Shown here: piece after piece, positions 55,871 to 64,000 of the stretch
Layout: every line of letters starts with the position of its first letter
Position numbering within the stretch: the first letter of the stretch is position 1
DNA from: Ginglymostoma cirratum
Taxonomy: Eukaryota
Length of the DNA: 64,000 nt
Assembly: GCA_024137785.1 (NCBI GenBank)
Contig: JAHRHZ010000075.1
Coordinates: 23,119,041-23,183,040 of the forward strand
Direction: 5' to 3'
Program-made: the position numbers and the translations under genes
Notes under the pieces: generated by a model
Database searches by the model: none
What the model was told of the DNA's origin: nothing
Seen by the model: the letters and a program-made list of their open reading frames with translations, nothing else

Positions 55871-56345
55871 GGTAAAATAATAGTATGAGATAAAAATTAC
55901 AAATTTTAGAAGTACTTAGTATTTTTAGGCCAACTTCCTGCAACGAACAAAAAGAATTATCTGTTCCAAGTTGAATCTGCAAAGCCTGCACTACTCAGAA
56001 CCCAAAAGCCGTGGTTCAGGTCTTAGTCAGACATTATTTTTACGTTAAATGCACTGCTGAACTCTAACTAGTTCTCCTCCCAGATATCTTATGCACAATT
56101 ATCAGCAGTGGACACACTGGGTTAGGGAGAACGCAACACAAGTTCACCACAATGACAAAGATTAAACAGCTAAACAGATCAGGGAGGCCAGCAAACTTCA
56201 AATATCACTATATATGAGATCTCAGAGTAGAATAGCACTGACTTGATTGTTCTTCTGTTTGCTTCTCCCAAAACAGATTCCATCCATGGGTTTGAATCTA
56301 ACAGGCTATTTTGCTCATCCATGGGCAAAACATACTTATGCCCAA

Positions 56346-56999
56346 GAGACAGTAAGAACTGCCAATGCTGGAGTCAGAGATAACACAGTGTGGAGCTGGA
56401 GGAACACAGCAGGCCAGGCAGCATCAGAGGAGTAGGAAAGTTGACGTTTCGGGTCAGGACCCTTTATCAGAAATTTCAGAAATAAGAAATTTCTGAAGAA
56501 GGGTCCTGACCCAAAACTTCGACTTTCCTACTNNNNNNNNNNNNNNNNNNNNNNNNNNNNNNNNNNNNNNNNNNNNNNNNNNNNNNNNNNNNNNNNNNNN
56601 NNNNNNNNNNNNNNNNNNNNNNNNNNNNNNNNNNNNNNNNNNNNNNNNNNNNNNNNNNNNNNNNNNNNNNNNNNNNNNNNNNNNNNNNNNNNNNNNNNNN
56701 NNNNNNNNNNNNNNNNNNNNNNNNNNNNNNNNNNNNNNNNNNNNNNNNNNNNNNNNNNNNNNNNNNNNNNNNNNNNNNNNNNNNNNNNNNNNNNNNNNNN
56801 NNNNNNNNNNNNNNNNNNNNNNNNNNNNNNNNNNNNNNNNNNNNNNNNNNNNNNNNNNNNNNNNNNNNNNNNNNNNNNNNNNNNNNNNNNNNNNNNNNNN
56901 NNNNNNNNNNNNNNNNNNNNNNNNNNNNNNNNTCGACTTTCCTACTCCTCTGATGCTGCCTGACCTGCTGTGTTCCTCCAGCTCCACACTGTTATCTCT
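56346..56999. mobile_element. Palindromic PLE-terminus element with two hammerhead cores (contains a 400-N gap)
   Basis: Cores 56443-56470 (-) and 56493-56520 (+); same arms as 41612-42273. Confidence 0.85.
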
Positions 57000-57589
57000 G
57001 GTGGCCAACATATCTGCACTTTCCATTAAGGAATTAATAAATAATTCTTAGAAGTTATCTAGTTAGTCAAGCACATGCACAATAACAGAAAATGTAATTT
57101 TGCAAAATCATAAATTATAAATGTCATGTTAGACAAGATCACCGCAGCCCATTTCAAAATCCTGTTGATATTTATACACTTTAAATGTCTATCTTTGATG
57201 CCATGAATCAAACGAAACTGGACTGCCCTCTAGAGTTTTACATACTGTAAATCTGCCCAGAAATTTAATTGCTAGACACTTTGAAAGTTCAGAGAACTGC
57301 CCGATGCTTGCAGAGATTCTAGTGAAAAAAATAAGGTTAATTAATCCTTATGCGGCCATACGTGATTCCTGGCCAAAATGGAGATGGATTAATGATCTCT
57401 GCCAATCATATCCAAGCACCATATTATAATAAAAGTGACAAATTAATTGTATACACAACTGGCATTATAACTAGCCTTCATTCAGTGTAGTTTGGTGGGG
57501 AAAATCACCAGGACTTTCGAGAAGGTGTTGCAACTTCAGTCAAAAGTTGTTTGCTCAAACTTTTTTTAAATAAACTGTAAATCAGCATT

Positions 57590-57684
57590 TTCTGAAGAAG
57601 GGTCTCGACCCGAAACGTCAACTTTCCTGCTCCTCTGATGCTGTTTGGCCTGCTGTGTTCATCCAGCTCCACAACATTTTATCT
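57590..57684 (+). mobile_element. 95-bp solo hammerhead-bearing unit with a perfect 15-bp TSD
   Basis: ctgaagaagggtctcgacccgaaacgtc (57592-57619); ctgtaaatcagcatt at 57575-57589 and 57685-57699. Confidence 0.88.
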
Positions 57685-58684
57685 CTGTAAATCAGCATTA
57701 TTTGTTGTGTAATATATTGTTTGCAGGGAGTCCGGCCACATGTCATGCACCACCTCCAACTCAGTAGCCAGTCAATAATCAGTTTACACTGATCTTTTTG
57801 TGGGGAATAATAATAAACACTTTATCTTTCCATGTTGCCTGTGAAACTCTAACTGGACAAAGCTACTTTAGTGATTGCAATGAACTGTTCAAACCCTTTA
57901 TTCGAAAGTCTAGTTGAAATTGTTGATTTTCATCAAGCACCATTCTCATCCTAAACACTCCTGGGATAAAGATCAAATGAATTCACTAGAGTAGGCATAT
58001 TCTCTAACTTTATTTTGTAGGTGGTTATCAACAGGAAGCCAATACTCTGATGTAGAATAGAATTATATAAATGTCAGGAATACAGACTATAGAAATCCAA
58101 GTACAAAACATTGCTGATCTAATCTTAGTATCTGGCTACACGTATGAAGAAAGGCTGCTTAAATGAAGAGTGCTGTTGGTACCAATGGAATCTCTCAATA
58201 AATAAGCAGAAATATACTAAAAAAAAGAAAAATCAAAACATGATTGATGACGGACTAAAATTTCTGATAGCAAAAATCATTGCACATCAACCTGCTAGGT
58301 TGCATAAGCAATTTACAAGAAAACGTGTCATGAGAATTTGAGTACGTCAAAGAAAGAGATGTTGTCAAAAAGCCAAGTACAGTCTAAGTAGCAGTAGTTA
58401 ATTTGAATCATTAAGAAAGCCACATCATGACCAACTTATAAATGTGTCATAACATGCATAGTTAAAGAAACCAGAATCAGCAATCTAAAGCAGAATTCAA
58501 GTCTTTCATCTTGGTTAATATCGCTTTTCCTAAATATCATAGATATTTCTTCATTGTTTAAAACAATTGCCACTTTCTAAGAGGATTAGTATCAGCCTTG
58601 TATGAGGAAGTAAAGGCACCACAGCCCCATCGTAGGGCTCCTCCACGTTTAACCTGAGGGTCACCATACCTTAGGCAAGGTTTA

Positions 58685-59845
58685 ATCAGTCCACACCAAA
58701 AGCCATTCCCAAACTTAACTCGTCCCACCTACCTGCACTTGGCCCATATCCCTCCAAGGCTTTCGTATTCATTAACTTATCCAAATCTTGTTTAAATGTT
58801 GTAATTGTACCTGCATCCACTACTTCCTCTGACAGTTCATTCCACACACAAACCATTGTGTAAAAAACATTTGCCCCTCGAGTCCTTTCTAAATCTTTCT
58901 CCTCTCATCTTAAAAATATACCCCCTAGTCTGGAACTCCTCCACTCTGTGGAAAATGCCCTTTTTATTCACCTTTTCTTTGTCCCTCATGATTTCATAAA
59001 TCTTAAAGACCACCCATCAACTTCCTACGCTCCAGTGAAAAAAGTCCCAACTTATCCAGTCAATTTTTATATCTCAAACCTCCATTCCTGGCAACATCCT
59101 GGTAAATCTTTTCTGAACCCTCTCCAGTTTAATAATACCCTTCCCATAAAAGGGTTACCAGAACTGCAAAGTACTCTAGAAGAGGCCCTCAAAAATATCC
59201 TGTACAACCTCATCATAATGTCCCAGCTTCTATACTCAACGGTCCAAGCAATGAAGGCAAGCCTGCTAAATTCACCTAGTCTGCCTGTGATGCAAATTTC
59301 AAAGAATCATATACCTGAACTACTAGATCTCTGTTCTACAACACTACCCAGGGCCCTACCTTTAATTGTATAAGTCCTGTCCTTGTTTGTATCACCAAAA
59401 TGCAATACCTCATACTTGTCCAAATATAACTCCATCTGTTGTTCCTCAGCCTATTGATGCAATTGATCAAGATCTCTTTGTAGTTTTAGATAACCTTCTC
59501 ATCAATTCACAATAACACCAAAAAAAAAATCAGCATTTTCTGAAGAAGGGTCTCGACCCAAAACGTCAACTTTCCTGCTCCTCTGATGCTGTTTGGCCTG
59601 CTGTGTTCATCCAGCTCCACAACATTTTATCTCTGTAAATCAGCATTATTTGTTGTGTAATATATTGTTTGCGGGGAGTCCGGCCACATGTCATGCACCA
59701 CCTCCAACTCACTGTCATCTGCAAACTTACTAACCATGCCTCCTATATTCTCATACAAATCATTCATATAAAGTGACAAACAAAAAAGTGGATCACCGCT
59801 AATCACAGGCCTCCAGACCAAAAACCAAAACTCCAGCACCACTCC
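58685..59845 (-). mobile_element. CR1/HER1 3' fragment interrupted by a 185-bp insertion
   Basis: YMNDLYENIGGMVSKFADD breaks at 59711; CR1 sequence resumes at ~59520. Confidence 0.85.
59527..59711 (+). repeat. 185-bp near-identical copy of 57579-57763
   Basis: Two differences seen by eye. Confidence 0.9.
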
Positions 59846-60865
59846 CTATCACTACCCTCAATAAGTGCTGGCCAGCCTGTGATGCCCATGTTCCACGAGT
59901 GAATTAAAGAAAAGGAAATATTCTAGTATTGCAGCTGCACAGGAACAGTCTGGCTAGGGACGCAGCATGCCCCGTAACACAAGTCTTCAGCCCTAACAGC
60001 ATTCTGGTAATAGTACTATAGCCTTTGCAGTACCTAATGCCTCCAAACATTTTGTGACATCACATGAAGTGAACCAATTGTCATCTGTGATTTGGAGATG
60101 TGTGGAGGAGGCAGAGATGAATCCTTGACACTGAAGACTGTTGCAAATTCTTCAGCCTTAACTTTTGAACTGACGCTGCTGGGCTCCCCCATCGTTTAAA
60201 GGATGTTTGTTTGTAGGCCAAAGTGATATTAAATATTAAACATTTAAATTTTTACTGTAGAAAAAAGGGATTTATATACAGCTGAAAACACTGACTATCA
60301 GAATAAGCACCTCATGTTGCAAACTGTACTTGTCTTTCACCCTGATCGAATTCCTGCTCCATCACACATATCGGTACTCAGATTTAATTTAAAGTCATTT
60401 AAAGCATTGCACGATATTGATCTAGGCTAAAACAATTTAGTTTAGGGAAACAACTAAAAATTACAAAAAAAATTCATTATTTATTGCAGCTTCAGTAATG
60501 ACTGACAAGTTTGCACCCTGAACACACATGCTTTGAAAAACAACACTTCTACTTGTTTCAATGTATTTACTTTGCAAGTTCCAACATGCAGGAGAATATA
60601 CAATCAGATACTACAAAAGTTAACCAAATCAGCAGCTTTACAATGCCAACTTCCTTGTTTAATACCTAATTTGTCAGTAATGCATAAAATTTTGTGGACT
60701 GTAACTTTGGCAAACACTCCTGCCCCATTTTCTAGGTCACTTAGAAGCAAATCAGCAATTTGCAGGCTGACATTGCAAGGGGCTTGCCATCCCAACAATT
60801 TATCCCAACAACCTATTTATTAGACTCAACTCTCAAGCTTTCAAACCATTTCAAAATATTTAAAG

Positions 60866-60946
60866 AGATAACAAGCATGGGGCTGGATGAACACAGCAGG
60901 TCAAGCAGCATCATAGGAGCAGGAAAACTTGACATTTCGGGCCTAA
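60866..60946 (-). mobile_element. Truncated solo PLE terminal unit, almost identical to 14205-14284
   Basis: gataacaagcatggggctggatgaacacagcaggtcaagcagcatcataggagcaggaaaacttgac; ends in the stem II loop. Confidence 0.8.
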
Positions 60947-61499
60947 TTTTAAATGTAGCTTTTCTCAGTTTCATCAAGGAAGATCATCTGCACGCTGGTC
61001 ACACTGTGACATCACAACAGTTATGAACAAAATTTTTGAAGGAGTGGAAATTACTGTTGGATTGCCACTCCTAATATTGTTTCTGGCAAAATTCTGACTC
61101 AAGCCTCAAGAAACATGGAGTGCACCTTTAATGGGACAGTCTTTCAACACAGCATAGGATCACTACTGGAGGTAAAAGCATACAATCTTTCTTCACAGCA
61201 GTAACTGGTGTATTCAGAGGTTTAAAGCCCCAACGCTTCTTTTCACGAGGAGGTAAAGCGTAGCATGTAGTGGGCAAGATAACAGGATAGGCAGTTGAGA
61301 GTAGTCAGGTCGTTGGAATGGAGGGGTTTTGACAGTTATTCAGGAGTCAGAGCAGGTTTTAATCCTTTAAAACTTTTCCTGGCTGACTATACAGGAAAGC
61401 AAACTGGAACCGTCCCGAGTCCCTAGGTTACTCAGAAATGAGCATATTATCGATGCACAATGTAGCAATAGGCACTAAATGTAATTTTTGTGCAAAGTT

Positions 61500-61880
61500 T
61501 TTTTTTTATTCACTCATGGAACATGGGTGTTGCTGGCTGGCCAGTATTTATGGCCTACACCAAGTTGCCTTTGAACTGGAGGGGCTTGCTCGGCCATTTC
61601 AGAGGGTAATTAAGAATCAACCACATTGCTGTGGATCTGGAGTCACATGTAGACCAGACCACATAAGGCTTGGAAGATTTCCTTCCTTGAAGGACATCAG
61701 TGAACCAGATGGGTTTTTCTGACAGTCAGAAACTATTTCATGGTCATCATTAGATTCTTAATTCTAATTATTATTAAATTCAAATTCGACTATCTGCTGT
61801 GGCAGGATGCAGGTCCCTAGAACATTACCTGAGGATTAATAATCTAATGATAATACCAATAGCCAATCACCTCCCCTTGC
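61500..61880 (-). mobile_element. Second SINE family copy with a 3' tail shared with the L2/CR1-group LINE
   Basis: Reverse complement ends ataaatactggccagccagcaacacccatgttccatgagtgaataaaaa, like the LINE tail at 28268-28325. Confidence 0.7.
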
Positions 61881-63049
61881 CCTTCACACGTAAGACTAGA
61901 TGTACTTACAAGCTAACTATCAAACTAATTTTGTCTTCCCACCCAGCAGTATAGCCAGACAGCATTAAAAAAAACTACACAATCAGTTTTACACCTCTCC
62001 TGTTACAAGGACTGACTCCAATTTGTATTATTCTTAAAACCCACATTTCTGCTTTCATTGGCTTTTTCCGACCTGTTCTCTTCACTTCCTTCATTCTCTT
62101 TGACATTTTGGTTTAACTTGTTAATTCTAGGCAGCTTTAGTTTTAAAATCTCTAATTCTCAGTTGTTAGAGGCAACAAACATTTAAGCATGCAGACTCCG
62201 AAGTCTCAGGTTTGGTCATAGCAAAAGCAGAATGTACTTTAAAATGACTTTTAGTAATATGAAATCTAATCCATATTGTAATGAATGATAAGTAGATAAA
62301 TACCCAATTCACTGATGCTTAGTAAAAAGGAGAAATATATCACAAACAAAGCAACACTTGAACACTGAAAACAAGATACAGTTGAACTGTGAAAATATCA
62401 AGATCAGTATACAATGGATTGAATATGCTGTAGGACTTACCCAAAAGTAAGTTAAACTTATTCTCAGAACTGATGATGTGAAGCACAGACAGTTAGGTTA
62501 GTATGTACTGAAAATAAGTCTATTTAGGCAGACATTGGATCCACTTCCACTTCCAAAAGCCAAGGCAAGCAATTCCCAAACCTGAATTTGAGATAAATGT
62601 GGGAGCATTTCTACAGCACCACTGCTTGTTTCACTGCAACAGAAAAAAAGTAAATTATAATGTTAGCAATTAAAATATTTATGATGTCAGCATATTTTTG
62701 TAAATTACAGTTGTATTAAAATTGTAGTGGGGCAATGAATTACATATACATTATACATAAAGCAAAAAGGGACTGTAATGCAGATGTCAAACTTTCACAG
62801 ACAGTGCGAGGAGAGGAACAGTTCAACAAGTGAAACTAATGAACTTCCAAAATGCATTTGGAATAGTGTTTCAAAAAGTGGTTTTTGAACCGACATTAGG
62901 TTCCATTTCCGAGTAACACATCAACCTAAGCTTAGCTTTACTGAAGTGACTTGCATAGCTATGTTGATTAGGATTTCCTTCCATCTCAATACCTAGGGGA
63001 AAAAAATTAGTTTCTTTGCCACCTCCTGCACCAGTGCATTCAATATGCC

Positions 63050-63385
63050 TTCTTTTATCACCAATTGAGGATTTCCCTCTATCATGGTAGACAGGGCCCT
63101 CGACCACACTATGCATCTTTTCCACATTTATGTTAACATCTATTCCCCTTCCTCCTAGTACAACGAGAGTCACCCATGGTCTCATCTTCCACCCCATCAG
63201 CTTCTACATTCAGCAGATTGTTCTATACCATTTCCAGCATCTCCTGTGTGATCCACAAAATATCTTTCCCTTTTGTCTTTGCATTCTAAAAGAAATTTTT
63301 CCTTCCCTGATACCTTTATCTGTTCTTTGATCACCCACATTTCCTCCCACAGCAACTTCCTGGGCAACTGCAGCTGATACAGGAT
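63050..63385 (+). mobile_element. Very degraded Neptune-like PLE fragment
   Basis: LIFHPISFYIQQIVLYHFQHL resembles LTFHLTSLYIQCIILKYFCQL at ~32950. Confidence 0.6.
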
Positions 63386-63764
63386 GAAAAAGGGCAGATA
63401 TTTTGTTTCCAATTATTACAGCTTAAATCACTTCAGTGCAGACTCCTGGCCCCATCATGGACTCAGGCTTCCGGCACGGCTGGCCTTGAGGTGAAGTTCA
63501 GCGCGGTCTGAGTTGAAAGGACTGTTATTCTGAACTCGTTTCTCTCTATTTTTCTAATTTATTTCTGGACTTTTTATTTCTTTATTTATCTACCTTTCCC
63601 TAAGAATTTGTATTTAAGAATCTGTACGTAGGTACCTTGGTACCCAAGATGTCACTAAGTGGCAACTTGTAAACCTTTCACCATACTCATGTGAGTACAC
63701 GTGACAACAAATCTAATTCTAATTCTAAGCTTTTTCATACAAAGCATGATAAACCAAACCTGAT

Positions 63765-64000
63765 TAATTAGCATTCCAACAGTCCGTGATCAATAGTGCT
63801 ACCAAGCAGCACTTGCAAAGGAATACTAGGTTAACATGAAATAATTTTGGATCCACAAGGGTCACTCAGATACTGACCTCATTACAGCCTTGGTGCAAAT
63901 AAAAAGACCATGCTTGACAACAGGGCAACATCTGATAGATAATGGCATCAAGCATCGAAAGTAAAAACTGGAGTCAATAGGAATCAGGAGGAAATACTTC
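63765..64000 (+). mobile_element. L2/CR1-group RT fragment running off the window end
   Basis: FGSTRVT/DLITALVQ region, cttgacaacagggcaacatctgatag (LD.KA.FDR-like), KLESIGIR. Confidence 0.55.

Overview
Eukaryotic, repeat-rich vertebrate DNA. The HE1-type V-SINEs, HER1/CR1 LINEs and Penelope-like elements point to a shark or ray (inference). The only host gene I can support is PCMTD1 on the minus strand. It has five coding exons (50972-50666, 24062-23960, 17555-17384, 15813-15690, 10396-10032; 1071 nt, 356 aa), all with GT-AG sites and compatible phases. A likely polyA signal lies at 8567-8572, and the non-coding first exon was not found. The rest is introns and flank filled with decayed retroelements: CR1, L2-like LINEs, several SINE families, and Penelope-like elements (PLEs) of two clades. 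The most striking pattern is about 15 minimal hammerhead-ribozyme-like motifs (CUGANGA-stem II-GAAAC-GUH). They occur in PLE ends, in ~95-nt solo units with 15-16 bp target-site duplications (TSDs), and in ~230-250-bp palindromic two-ribozyme elements with 11-14 bp TSDs. Three of the four N-gaps fall inside these elements. Also seen: a 185-bp local copy of one unit with its flank, CTCF-like motifs including a divergent pair, and two uORFs in the PCMTD1 leader. Repeat boundaries were read by eye and are approximate.
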